Made by a program: the position numbers and the translations under genes. DNA of 59,155 nt, the filler included, from Basidioascus undulatus (lineage: Eukaryota), in assembly GCA_000826855.1 (NCBI GenBank). It is 3 parts of 3 records of this genome, joined end to end, with 100 filler letters (N's around TTAATTAATTAA, not from the genome) between each part and the next. Parts side by side here need not be neighbours in the genome. Positions count along the whole stretch, not along the records: positions 1 to 19,660 come from JTLS01000408.1; 2 more parts are not named here. One strand, given 5' to 3'. Below, in pieces: positions 1-12,998 of this stretch. The notes under the pieces were generated by a model. That model made no database searches and was not told the origin of the DNA. It saw only the letters and a program-made list of their open reading frames with translations. The first letter of the stretch is position 1. Every line of letters begins with the position of its first letter.

Positions 1-2479
1 GGGTTTGGACCCAGCTCGAGGACGCGCTCGAGGACGCCGTCGAGAAACTCGAGCTCAGGGTGCTCGCTGCCGGTGGTGATTCCGGCGAAATGATCGAATC
101 CGTACGTGCTGGCGTTTGTACGACGCTCTACGAGTTTTTCGCGCGGCGGCTGACTGAGCACGATGATTTTTCTGCCCCGAGCAGTCCGGGGAGGAGGACG
201 AGATGGACGACGACCCATTCTCGGTTTGGCAGCCTTCCGTTAATACTGGAGAGGTATGCGTTTGTACAAGATGTTCGAGAAGTGCAAAACGCTGACCGGT
301 GCTTTGCCTCTGCAGAGCTCCTCCGCGGCGCTCCGCGCCCGCCGGCCACGAGCAGAGCTCCTCCGCTACGGGAGCTCGACGCCGGGCCAGGGACCGTCTT
401 CCAACCCGCTTCGCATCCGGCTCGTCGTCCGCCAGTCGTCCCTCACGCCCCGACAACACGCTAACCGCTTCTCGCCCTACCCGGTCGCGTCGACGTCCGG
501 CCGCTCGCCCCACAAAAGCACCAACGGGGGCGTACCAGCCGCCCCCTCCGCGGGCTTCAACGACTGCTTGGACGGCGACGGCGTCCGCTTGGACTTTGAC
601 CAACGAGTCGCAGAGGGCGAGGACGGACGGCCGGCGTGGTGCCCCGTCGCGGCGTGCGACAGGCATTACAAGGGCAAGTTGACCCTTGTCTCCATCTGCG
701 AAATCACTCCCGTAAAGCTGACCATTTCGCGAGTCGTCCTTCAGATGCGAAGGGCTTGAGCCAGCACTGGCGTCGGACGGGCGACCACGGCGTCCTCGGG
801 CGGCAGCTGTGGGCGAAGCTTAAGCGCGCGGGCAGACTGCCAGCACACGTCCTCGCCGCGCCGGATTCGCCGGAGATGAGTGTGGTGGTGCAGCCCAAGA
901 TCGAGGAGTTCGAAATCGCGTCGCCGAGCAGGCGGCAGTCTTCCGTTTTCGTGAGCATGCGTTCCATTTGTTCTTCCCCGGCTCGTCAGATCGCTGATGA
1001 TGTGCCCCGAGCAGGATCCCACTTTGCCTTCTCCCGGTTCCGTGGCGGCCGCGGTGCCTCGCACCGTTCGTGCACCCGCTCATGCCGGCGTACGTCTTTC
1101 ATAGCTTCATCGTCTCCTATAATGTCGCTGACGCCGTTGCGCTAGTCCCCGGCTACTCTCACCGCCACGGGCATGCTTCGAAGCTACACTTGCCCCGTCT
1201 GCGGCAAGGCGTACGTGATGGAACGCAAACTTGTAAGCGGCATTCTCATCAAAGGCTCTCCCTTCCCGATGTCCTGCTGAGGACCGCACCCGTAGCGCAC
1301 GCACATCGTGAAGACCGCCTGCGGCGAGCGGCTACCGCCAGCAGAATTGCAGAAGCTCCAAAACGGCCAACGTACGGTTCCTTCGCTGGGCCACTCAACT
1401 AGACAAGTCTGCTGACGCGTCATCCTCATCCAGTCCCTTCTGACCTGGGCTCGATTCAGCTCGAACCTCTCCCCAGCCCGGCCCCTGCGCCTACGCTGCC
1501 CCGTGCCGAGACGCCGAGCAGCGCGCTCCCGCAGCTACCTACCGATCGTTTCCCGCCCATCGCTCCCAGACGAGTGTCAAACCCTCCGTACGGGTACGAT
1601 GCCCTGCCGATGGACGAGGACAAGCCGGATGGACCGCGCACGTCTGTCGAGGGCGACTCTGCGGACGAGGACGCGGTGCGCACCTCATTAGCCCTAAACT
1701 TCCCGGCATGACACGACTGACGTTCTCGGGCAAGGTACAGTTCGCAGACCGCACGACGCCCGAGTCCCTGTCCTCTGCGCTCCCGCCGTCCATGCGCCAT
1801 CTCGCGGACGGCATGCCCGCGCTCGGCCTGCGCCGCATCACGTCCACGCCCGGGCCGGGGCCCGCGCCGTCCACGCCGGCCGTCCCCCTGCCGAGTCTGC
1901 CCAAGTTCGCGCTTCCCTCAATCCCGGGCGCGACGCCGTCCTCGTCCTCCGCCACGCCGACCACCGAGGTCCCCGCCGGCGACCCGCGTCCGTTCAAGTG
2001 CCCGAACCCGACCTGCTCTAAGAGCTGGAAGAACAAGAACGGTCTGGTGCGTTCTCGCTCTTCTCGTCGATTGTAGACGTTGGTGGTAGTTATCTGACCA
2101 CTCACTCGTGTTGGTGCTCGAGCAGAAGTATCACCTCAACCACGGGAATTGCAACGGCGTCCTGTCGACCATGAGCCGCGACGAGGCGATCGCTCACGAG
2201 CGGCCCTTCACGTGTCCCGTGCCCGGCTGCAACAAGCGGTGGAAGAGTGAGTTTCCCTCCCTTCCCGCGCACGGCGTCTCCCTCTCCCCGCGTCGTTACT
2301 GACAAGCCCGAGCCGCCGCCGCAGACGCCAACGGCTTCCGCTACCACATGGAGCACACCGGCGCGCACGGGCGGACGGCGCGCAAGATGCACGAGGACGC
2401 GGGCGGATTCGTCAGCACGCCGCGCGAGGTGTACAGGTCGTCCGTCGTGCCTGACGAGGATGTCGAGGAGGAGGATTGA
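1..2479 (+). CDS. Multi-zinc-finger (C2H2/C2HC) transcription factor, Sfp1-like C-terminal finger pair; 5' partial, multi-exon
   Basis: Hand splicing gives four fingers: WCPVAACDRHYK-DAKGLSQHWRRTGDHG, YTCPVCGKAYVMERKLRTHIVKTAC, PFKCPNPTCSKSWKNKNGLKYHLNHGNC and PFTCPVPGCNKRWKNANGFRYHMEHTGAHG. KNxNGL/FxYH recalls Sfp1-type fingers. Stop TGA at 2477-2479. Confidence 0.8.
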
Positions 2480-3016
2480 TTGATGCTTAAGGAAACGCAT
2501 GAGGGTAAATGCGAAGCGGATCAGTTGTTTCTGTTGTATTGTTATACCTTTGGAGTTAGGCTGTACTGGTATTGCTCTTGCACAATGTTAACGCATCGAG
2601 TTGCTGGCTTGTGCAGCATTGCTGGTTGTCGGAAACACCTCAAAGCGCAGTGAGCGGTGAAGGGCGTTGTCGTGTGCTTCTCAAGGATCGGAACGACACG
2701 GGAGTATCTTGATGGCGGGCAGTCCAGCATATCGCAATGTGTGAGTGGACTTTTGCACATTCGAGTTCGAGAAGCTCGCTAAGGGATTACCTTTTTTGAT
2801 GAGTCAGTGGGCTATCATGAATAGCTCTCGCATGACCCGCCGAATGGAGTTGGTGCTCAGTAAACAACCTAGGTGACCGGTGAGAGTCTTTGTGAGGTAT
2901 CGCGAGAAGAGACTCCCTTCCTGCATGGGGTATATCTAGGAATTATGTTTCGTATCTAAGAATGTTTTTTGGCTAGTATCTCAGAGTATTCAATTAATTC
3001 CGTGAGGGCCGTGATT

Positions 3017-3456
3017 CTAGAGGCCTGCCCGGATGAACGCGCCGGGGTCGGCCACGTTGTTGGTGCTGGCGCCGGCGAAGGCCTGTCTCGCACAGCCTGC
3101 GTTCAGTGATCTCTCCAGCTGAGACCACGGGAGTTTGCTCACGTCAAAATTACCGTACACCACCGTCTTCTCCGCGAGGCGGCGCTGCTCCTCCTCCTGA
3201 GCCTTGAGCGCGGCTTTCTCGGCCTGCGCAGACAAGGGGTGTCAGACGATCATACATCTAGACAACTTGCATGCATACCCTGGTGAGGCGCCGGTTGAGG
3301 GGCTATTTGATTAGATGTCAGCAAATGGTGATAGTCAAGACGTGCGAGACCGACGCGGACCTTGAGGACGGTCTCGCCAACGCCGCCAATGGGTGCGGCG
3401 AGGGCGCCCACGCTGACGCAGACAACAAGGGCAATGGCTGCAAGGGAGGAACGCAT
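3017..3456 (-). CDS. Small secreted protein, about 88 aa, 4 exons (3456-3361, 3302-3279, 3223-3143, 3082-3017)
   Basis: Signal peptide MRSSLAAIALVVCVSVGALA-AP. Three canonical GT-AG introns keep frame. Mature part APIGGVGETVLKPLNRRLTRAEKAALKAQEEEQRRLAEKTVVYGNFDAFAGASTNNVADPGAFIRAGL. Confidence 0.7.
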
Positions 3457-4587
3457 CGCAGTCTTGCCCCAGAGAGATGTCGGGATGATGATTGAGCGTG
3501 AGCGCAAGAGCAACGAATCGTCGCAGATAGGGAGGACGACGCACAGGCCGCGACCCGTGCGGCCTATTTGCAGGTTGAAACGCACATGCAATACTGGGGC
3601 CAGGTGATGCATTGCAGTCAAGCACCCAACCACAGAGTACATATGCAGCTAAACATGAAACTAACATCTGCTTCTTTGTCTGAAACTGTGGATTCTAAGT
3701 AGATCTGGTGGTCTCAGCTGACAAGTCAGACGCACGTCAAGGCACACCTTCCATTCTTCACACTGTGCTTGGCCTATTCATATCAGTTTCCTACATGCTC
3801 AGAGTACAGTGCCTTCTGTAAGATTGATGCTAGTAGGGTGTCTTCTGTAGGATCAAGGCTTCAACCCCCGATGGTGTGGGTGTTTGTGCCTCTGACACAG
3901 GCCGTTGTGCAGAAGAGAAGCTTTTCTCTGCTGGTTGCATCGATTGCGCTGGGCCATTATTCGATACAATCAATGGGCGCATTTCAGGCACAGTCTCATG
4001 GTGCATCCGACAGAGCGGTTGTCTTCAAAGCCTGTAAGCGGTCTGATCTGATTTCGCTGGGCCAAGCTGCCATAAAATACGCGATGCGGGTGTTGTTCGG
4101 CTTCGCGCTCAAGAGACGTTTCCAAGGATCTTCGAGCGAAGCGATCCACTAGCCACATAAATCGCATGATTCTGAGCCATTCCTACCTCTTACTTCCGCA
4201 CGAGGGATTACCGGATTACTGAACCGGTCCCATCACCTGCCGCCTAGCTTGCTATGTCCTCCAATCCTCGCCCCCATGCACCTCCAGTTTCAAGCTTGCA
4301 TCAGGACTCGTTTTAGTCGGCCTTCCAGAAAAGAGTCCAGATTAGGTTTCCTTGATGGCTATATCCCTCACAACACAGCACGAGACCCACCGCGACCACT
4401 TCATGCTGGTGGACAAGGACATAGTTAGCCTGCAAAGATACAGCATGATATGGTGTTTTGTAAACGGGAGGAATAAATGACGCAGAACGTATCATTGTGG
4501 CACGCATGGGAGTGGGATGCGGATCCTCGGAGAGGTGTCAATGCAGTGGAAAATGCGTATATACAAGAAATGATATAGGGAGGTGAG

Positions 4588-4880
4588 GGGTAAGATGCAG
4601 GAAGGGTATAATGTAGGAAGGGTGTAATGCAGGGGCTACAATGCAGGAAGGGTACATTGCAGGAAAGGTATAACGCAGGAAAGGTATAGTACAGGAAGGG
4701 TATAATGCAGGAAGGGTATAATGCAGAGGAAGGTATAATTACGGAGGAGGTATGCAATGATTAGTCCAATGCCGGGAGGTTATGAGACAAAGAGGGGTAT
4801 ACTTCAGAAGGGGTATAATGCCGGTAGGGTATAATGCAGGTAGAGTATAGTGCAAAAAAGTCCAATGCAGGAAGGGGTAA
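4588..4880 (+). repeat. Degenerate 16-bp minisatellite, consensus GGGTATAATGCAGGAA
   Basis: About 9-10 consecutive units at 4588-4740 (gggtaagatgcaggaa, gggtataatgtaggaa, gggtacattgcaggaa, aggtataacgcaggaa, gggtataatgcaggaa...) and a more decayed block at about 4795-4880. Confidence 0.9.
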
Positions 4881-6613
4881 AGTGTAAAGAAGAGGGACGA
4901 TGCAGTTGTCTAAGTGATGTCATGTGGGCATGACAAGGTATGTGTGTGAAGGGGCATCATGCAAAGGGAGAGTTCAACAGAGACCGAATGTATGAAAGCC
5001 CGCAGAGTGAAGGAAAGAATCGATGGAAGACCTCGGTCGTCGACTGAGCAATTCTGTGCCTCCGTATGCCGCGTTAGCCGAAGTTGGGCTAGTAGAAACC
5101 GATGTTAGGACGCACAATTGGGTATGTTTTAACAATAGTAGCGGTGAAGATTGTTGATTAGGTGATTCTGCAATCACCAGCACATTGTCAGCCGGGGTTC
5201 CAGCGACGGCACTGCCAGCGGCCAGGAAGCGAGGGAGGAACGCACAAGAGGGTATCAGGTGACATTGCTGGGTATCGACAGTAGCGCTTTAGGTGTAAGG
5301 GGTATTGCATTACTGGAGTAAATAGGTCAGTGCCAAGCTGTCCACGCGTATTAAACGAGGAAGCGAAGACGAACATTAAGTAGATGAGGCCGGAACGTCG
5401 GCGATGTGGCGTCGAATGACAATCGGCGGACATTGGTGAAGGGTAGCTGGATAATATAAATTATATACGGGTTTCTGAAGCGATAGTGAACAGTTCGAGG
5501 GCGAGAAGCAGGTACGGTCCTTGCCCCGCCTCGACGCGGAGCGGAGCGAGGCAAGGCAAGCTGTGAGATGGGGAATAGCCACGAGCCTCGGTCGCATTTT
5601 ATGACTCAGAGACACCTAGCCGCAAACCGAGGCGACCGTGTGTGCGTCCAGCTTGGGGTTGCCGTCAGCCGGCGAGGCGAGCCGTGATGGCGCGGAGGCA
5701 TGCTGCACGAACCGGCCACCTGTTGCTCAGTTGCCTGGCTACTCGCCGCATGACGTGCGACCTCTTTCTGGCGGTCCGAAATTTACTATGGCGTATACAG
5801 CAAGCGTAGCACTGGTATGCCATGGTTCGCCTGATATGAGCCGAGGACTTTTTGCCGGCAAGACACACAGCCTGTTTCGCTGCGCGATCAGCCTCGCCAT
5901 CTTGGACCACCTTGTGAGGACACCTTACTACCTGAAGGACACTGGTCCCCATTACAGAAAGCTCCAGTTTGAGCTATTTTCAAGCTACAAGGCTGGCAGG
6001 TTGGGTGGACAGCTCTGCGTCTTGGCGGTTGGCTCGGGATACTCCAAGCGCTGGGAGAGGGATTGGCAGCTGCAGCTCTGTTTGACCTGGCTCCGGCAGT
6101 CGGACTGCCTTATACCCCAAAGTTTTACATAGTTCCAAGTGCTCGTATCTTTGTCTGTCCTGTCCTATCCTCTGCGCCAACGAGCATCTCCCGGCAAAAG
6201 GCGTCAACATTTAGATCGTCTCCTCCGTGGAATAAGCCATGAGACCATCAAGTAGGTGCCCTTTTAAAGCCCATATATGTCAAATATGCGAACTAAGCTC
6301 TGGCAACGTAGCCCTCAGCAAGTCGAGACGGTCGCTGTGCGCAATCCACCTGCAAGCCGCAGCGGTGTACCCTGGTGCTCAATCGCATGCTAAGTCCTGG
6401 GATGATACTAGTGGAACATAAATTGATGTATTTCTAAGATAATTTGGTGTAGTATGACCTACATCGTGGAGAAAAGGCGCCAGGTGTTTCTTTGGCGCTG
6501 GTACAGAACATATGCGACTCACCGAAGCGAAGACTCTCCCGACAGGATACTCGCGTCCAGGACGCGACCAAATGGACGTCGACTGCTTCTTGATTCCACA
6601 TTCACTGCCCACT

Positions 6614-9600
6614 ATGTCCATACAAATGCTGGAGCTGCCAACGCCGCACATTATCCCAGATCCTCTCCACCCCGCGCCGAGCTCAGTCCCCGCCCCCGCC
6701 TCTCCGCCCGAGGACCGCTCCCTACCGCTCGTGATAGACAACGGTGAGGCTGAGCAGCCTCCCTACCCAGCTGGACTCTGCTGAACGCGCTGGAGCCTGG
6801 ACAGGATCGACGACGCTTCGGGCGGGCTTCGCCGGGCAGGCGGATCCCTTGCTCGCGTGCAGGAACGAGGGCGCCCGGTACAGGGACCGAAAGTACAACC
6901 GCAACATCGTTCTGTATGGCGAGGCGGTCGAGGCGGACGCGACGAGCAGGGCGCAGGCCAGGAGCCCATTCGAGGCGGGGGTCGTCACCTTTTGGGATAC
7001 GATGGTAAGTCAGTTTTATGCGGGGATGCTGTGATCGGATGGGGCAGCGCGAGCGGACGCTGAAGTGCGGCGCGGTCCTTGCAGGAGAACGGGCTCGACT
7101 GGACGTTCCTTCGGCTTGGGCTGGACTCCACACCTCCAATTCTCCTCTCGGAGGCACCGTGCAACCCTGCATATTCTCGTTCTCGTGCGTCCCTCCCTGT
7201 CCGCGTTCCGAGCCATACTGACAAGCGCTCGCATTTACAGTCATGTCTGAGCTCCTCTTCGAGGGCTACTCCACCCCAGCCGTCTCGTACGGCGTCGACT
7301 CGCTCTTCTCGCTCTATAACGCCGGCCACGACGACGGCCTGGTCATCTCGTCTGGCACGTCGTCCACGCACGTCATCCCCGTCCTCAACGGTCGCGGCAT
7401 CTTCTCCGCTGCGAAACGGTGCGCTGCCTGTAGGATCCAATCGCGCGGCTTCACGGCGCTGAGTATGGGGGCATTTGCGACAGGCTACCGTGGGGCGGAC
7501 AGCAGGCCGCAGACCTCATGCTCAAGCTCGTCCAGCTGAAGTACCCCGGGTTCCCGACGAAGGTCACCCCGGCGCAAGCAACGGTACGTCCCTCGACAAC
7601 AAGTCCAGCGAAAATTGCTGATCCCCATCCATCGCACCAACAGTTCCTTCAACAAAACCACACGACCTTCTCTGAAGACTACCAGTCAGACATCCGCGCG
7701 CTGTCCGCGCCGAAAGAGATGATCAGGCTCGACGAGGTCATCCAGTTCCCTTTCGTCCCGCCGGTGCGTCCGCTGCCGTTATTTTCACTCAAGCATCTTT
7801 ATTTACTTATTTGCGAGGTCCGCAGGTGTCCGATGAGAAGTCAGCGGAGGAGCTCGAGCGTATCGCGGAGAAGAAGCGCGAGAGCGCGCGGCGGTTGCAA
7901 GAGCAGGCGGCGAAGCAGCGGCTGGAGAAGGTGCGCTTGGTGCTGGCATCGGCGACCTAATTGCTTTAGCATGCTTGCTGATGGCTGCGGTGGAGGATAC
8001 AGCTCGTGCAGAAGGAGCAGGAGCTCAACTGGCTGATGCAAGTGAAGGAGTTCAAGGCGAAGGAGAAGAAGGCCGACTACATCGTGCGTCTGTTTCTACC
8101 TATCGCTTGGCTGGGACGCCATTGACAAGCACTTGTGCACAGAAACGGCTGGAGGCGGAAGGGTTCGAGTCCGAGAAGGACTTCGAGGACATGATCACGC
8201 GCACCGAGCGCAGCGTGCAGCGCGCGCGCAACAAGGAGCTCGGGGTGGACGAGAACGAGGGCAAGGTCCGTGTGCACGCCTTCTTCAGGGTCGTACAGGC
8301 CTGGAAGTACGTAGCTCACATTGATGGTATGGTCTCGCAGCAGGAACCACCATCGTTTCCGCTCGTCGACATCCCCGATCACCAGCTGAACGAGGAGGAC
8401 CTGAAGGAGAAGCGCAAGCAGCGCTTGCTCAAGGCCGGGTACGATGCTCGAAATCGCGCGAAGGCGGAGAAGGAGCGCGAACGGCTTCGGCAGGTGCGGT
8501 GGTGTTGGTCTTAGTTTCGCTGTCATTCGCGCGGGGCTGACGGATGTGGTGAGAGATTTAGGAAGCGGCCGCTCAGAAGGACCTGCAAGAGCGTCTGTCT
8601 AATCCGCAGGCTTGGCTCGACAAGCAGCGAGCGGACTACGCCGTACGTCGGGCCGAGTGGTAGCAGGGAGCGGGCATGCGGCTGACTTCGTCGGATTTGC
8701 AGGCGCTACTCGTCAAGCTCAAGGAGAAGGAACGCCGGAGAGCTCAGCTTTCGGACCGCAAGTCTGCGGCGGCGCAGGCGCGCATGAAGAACATCGCCGA
8801 CCTTGCTGCTGAAGGTCGGCCGGGCGAGAGGTCAGGGAAACGCAAGCGGAAGGGCGACGATGGTAAGCCTGGCCGTTACGAGTCCCTCGCCACACTACTG
8901 AAGGCGCTCTTGCAGATGACGGCTTCGGCGCGAACGATGATGATTGGGCGGTGTATCGCGAGATCGTGAGCGCCTACGCCTTTGATGCGAGTTACGATGT
9001 TCGCGCACGCTGACATGTCCGGTCGGTCACCTTCAGCAAGGCGGCGCCGACTCCGACGAAGAAGAGGACGACGAAGCGGCTCTCACGAACCTCGAAGCGC
9101 GACTACTCGAGCACGACCCGACCTTCACCACGTCCGACACGCGCGACGCCCGCATGCGGCAGCAGCATCAGCTCGTCACGACGTTCCTGCAGGGCGCGAC
9201 GCCCATCGGCGAGGACGGGACGCTGACGATGGAGCAGAGCTACCAGCTCCATCTGAACGTCGAGCGCATCCGCGTGCCCGAGGTCATGTTCCAGCCGAGC
9301 ATCGCAGGGCTCGATAATGCAGGGCTGGCGGAACTCGTTGGGCACGTCCTCAAGAATTTCAACGCGTCAGAGCGGAACTGCTTGACTGGCGTAAGCTTTA
9401 TCTGTAATATTCAAGGACCATTCGGCTGACAACTGTTCTTCCCGAAGAACGTCTTCCTCACCGGCGGGCACACGCTCACGCACAACCTGTCCAAGCGCCT
9501 ACACTCGTCTCTCCTCCCACTCACGCCCATCGGCAGCCCCCTCGTCATCCGACAAGCTGCCGACCCGAAGATGGACGCCTGGCGCGGGATGTCCAAGTGG

Positions 9601-9717
9601 GCGTCCGAGAGCCGAGGGCAGGGCGAGGGGTGGGTGACGAAGGCGATGTACGATGAGGAGGGCGCTGAGCGCTTGGAGAAGCGCGGCGCGTGGAGGGGAC
9701 GCTTTGGCGGGTGGTGA
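6614..9717 (+). CDS. ARP5: Actin-related protein 5 (INO80 chromatin-remodelling complex subunit), multi-exon
   Basis: Actin-fold motifs [75 protein letters not shown] and [10 protein letters not shown]. Arp5-type charged insert ([46 protein letters not shown]). Stop TGA at 9715-9717. Confidence 0.93.
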
Positions 9718-10328
9718 TTCTGTTGCGATGGACGCATTGTACTTGTTGTACAATACACTCGCTGAGCGTGAGCGTCTGCGTGTACGTGGGTGAAAATGGC
9801 TCGCATCATCTGCACGCTCGGTAGACTGCTGGCACGGCTGCAGCGCTGTATGCGTGGCGAAGTACAACCGTCCTACCGATGAAGTAGAGCGATCGAGAAG
9901 GCTGTATCGGTTGTTCGCCTTTGCCGTCAGGATCTGCGTTGCCATAGCCATGTCCGACATTCAGACGGCTACGCCCGCAAGACGCGGCTTCACAGTCAGT
10001 CCAGTTTTACGCGTTCTGAAAAGGAAAAAAAGGGAACAAAGTGGGGGTACCTTTTCAAAATTAACATGGAGACGAGCGGGCGAAGCAGAAAACTAGCTGG
10101 ACGTTGGAGCGGCTGTGAGATGGAAATCTATGCAATGCGGAAGTGTATGCAATGAGATGCGCAAGCAAAGAAAAAGGACATGGAAAAGTGGTGGAGAAAG
10201 ATCTGCTAGAGCGGGGGAGTGCTGGTGAGAAGGAAACGTCGACAGCCTTGCGATCAGCTGGATACGGACCGGAGCTCAGGAAGGGTTGGTCGTGCCGCTG
10301 GCGAAATCAATCCAAGACTTTCTCGTAA

Positions 10329-12515
10329 TCACGTCGATTCGCCTGTGTTTCGAGCAAGCGCAGTTAGCTCCCATACACCGTGCGGCAGCAGGACCACTCC
10401 GAGCAACTCACCTGTCTTAACGCGCTGATATGCGATGATGAAACACTTTTGAATCTCCTCCGCCTTCGCCCGACGCTGCGTCCTTTGGATGCCGAGCAGG
10501 TTCCCTCGGATATTCTCCCATGCACGCCTCACATCGTCGTCCATCACCCTCCCGCCGTAGCTTGCTTCGCCAAGCCGAGCAATGCGTACGCGCCCTCACG
10601 GTCGAGCAACGAAGGCGACCTCGGCGGGCCCGATGGTGGGGCGGTGGCGGAGGCGAGGCAAGACGAGGCCGACGGAAGGAAAACGGACGGGGGTGAGTTG
10701 ACGTCTTCCTGGTAGTCGGCTGCGGTTCGAGGCGAGGCGGGGTTCGCGATTGGTTCGGGCGGAGGGGGAGGAGCGCGGCGAACGAGGCGAGGGCGGTCTT
10801 CGGGCAGAGCGCGTTCGCGCTTGACCATCCAGCCCGGTAGCACGGCCTTGTTGGGATCACACAGCCGATCGAGGATGCATTGCCTGCATTGACTGTCAGA
10901 TAGATGGACTAGTGTGACGCGAGATTGACGACGTATGCGGTGAGCTCGTACGTCGTGATTTCGTTAGGGGTGCTAGCTCCTGCTTCCCGCATACTTCGAG
11001 ACGACCAGTCGACGCCTGTTGTCCACTGGCCGAAAGTGCGGCCCAGTTCGTCCGCGACGTGGCTTGCCATGGTACTCGCGCCGCCCGTCTGTCGGGTGAA
11101 ACCTGTGAGCTTAGAGCATGCGGTCGACGCAGAAAAAACGGTAAAATGAGTTCGAATCTGAACCTGCGCAACGCCGCATAACCGTTCTCGGAGAGGTCCT
11201 CCGGAACGCTCCGTAAAACGACGTTGACCTTCTCCGGGTGGACGAGTCGTTTTTGCTGCCTGATCAAGCTCAGGAAGCCTTGGGTCCGGCCCCACCAAGC
11301 GCCTTCACCGTGATCCAATGAGGCCCAATGAGCATGACTCGGCACTGTCCCATCCAGCTCCAATCAGGCCTCTCAGCCGCGCGTGCAGTGGAAGACCGAA
11401 TGTAATGTACTTACGCGCAAGTAGTAATCTACGCCAATATACACGACTTCCGTGAATTCCCACTACAGCATCTTCTTGTCGGGAACCAGGGGGGAATGAA
11501 GCCGGCCGCCGTTCAGAGTGGCGTTGACGAAGGCGAACGGGCGGTTCGCAGCGGGAGGAGATGAGCAATCGAATGCAACGAACACGGGGACATACGCAGG
11601 ATAGCGTGTGCGACGAAAGGGGTGCGAAATTCAGCACATCTGTGCACTGGCTGGACGCGATGCTGGGGTCGTCGTAGTCCATGAGCCAGTCGTGCGTGAA
11701 CGAAGAGGACACTCGAAAATGATAGTCGAAGCTCGGAGGGGGAAGTGCGAATGGCGGAAACACGTTACTAGTTGAGAAGCAACCGGACAGATTGAGCTTG
11801 GCAAGCGAAGACGTCTCGGTAACGCGCAGGTGTCGCGCGGGGTCGCGAGGAAGCTCAAGGACAGTCCTGTCACGCATGAGAGTCGGATGAGCAAGACTGT
11901 GCAGTAGGGAAGCGTTATGAGCTGTACTACGCAATGAGGGAGATAGAATTCCTGGAGCAGCGGAGGAGGGATAGCCCGGGAAGGCCAGTAGCACCTCATG
12001 AGAGCCAGACCAGTGCGTTTGCGCATTCCCGTCCTCGTCGGTCCACTGGCGGACATGCGGCATAAGCATAAGTCGGTGCTTGCCGAAGTACAGCGCCCAA
12101 GACATCCACATCGGCACGAACATTGCCGTCAGCTCGAATGCGGTGGGCGTCTGCGGTACGGCAGGAGGTTAGCGAGTGACACGCTTCACGTTGGGCGCAG
12201 ACTGACATACCTCGCTCCCACAATGCTCGTGGATGATCAGACGCGCATGAGTTGCGATACTCTAAACGGTAAGAATAAGACACAATCGAGCGGCTCTGCG
12301 GTAGAATGGGTATTTGGAAGGCTCAAGCTTCCCGTTGCGAATGGCGCGTACGTCGGCGCTGAAAGCAGCCCAGTTAGCCGCGAGAAGTGCCATCGAGCGC
12401 TCGCTCTCGGCTCGCATGAGCTCGTTCTTATTCTCTAAACGTTTAGCGAGATCATTCAACCGCTAATCCCACCGTCCACCTGCACGTTCGATTACCCAGA
12501 CTAAGGCACGTTCGA
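10329..12515 (-). CDS. Hypothetical multi-exon protein of unknown function; 5' end uncertain (may extend to about 12790)
   Basis: Protein-like exons joined by canonical introns: QLERALVWVIERAENKNELMRAESERSMALLAANWAAFSAD-SIATHARLIIHEHCGSE-TPTAFELTAMFVPMWMSWALYFGKHRLMLMPHVRQW... ending ...DVRRAWENIRGNLLGIQRTQRRAKAEEIQKCFIIAYQRVKTGEST*. No family recognised. Confidence 0.45.
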
Positions 12516-12998
12516 GTTGCTCGGCAAGCCAGCGGCGAGTGGCTCAGCGATGCGAAGCAATCGAAAGGTGACCTCCCGGCTGCCAGGCTCGCCGCAGCGA
12601 GTGAGCAAGCATGCCGTGCATGATTGGGAGGCCGACCGACTGCGAGGTGCAATGAAACGATGAGGAAGAAGAACGCGAAGAGACGACGCGAGCAGCGAGC
12701 CTGAAAAGAGCCTGATGGGAAGATGGCAAGGTGAAGTATTTTGGGCGACGTCAGCTGGCAAGTGCCCCTACCGAGCTTGCGGTTCGTGCATTAAATCGAA
12801 AGCCACATTTCCCACATTTCCCACTCAGAACTTGCACAGCTTTCAGAAGCAACAGATTCAGGCCAGGAGCACACGACGTGACACGCAGCATAGCAGCGGT
12901 TCAGAACATGGTCTCTCATAGGATCATGGTCAACCTCCGAAGAGCAACCCAACCCCAAGCACAGAAACAAGCACAAGCCCGACGCGACGGCGTCAAGC

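Noticed and set aside
4588..4880. CRISPR-like array or bacterial -10 (TATAAT) promoter array
   Set aside because: Units are contiguous without unique spacers, there are no cas genes, and the context is eukaryotic.
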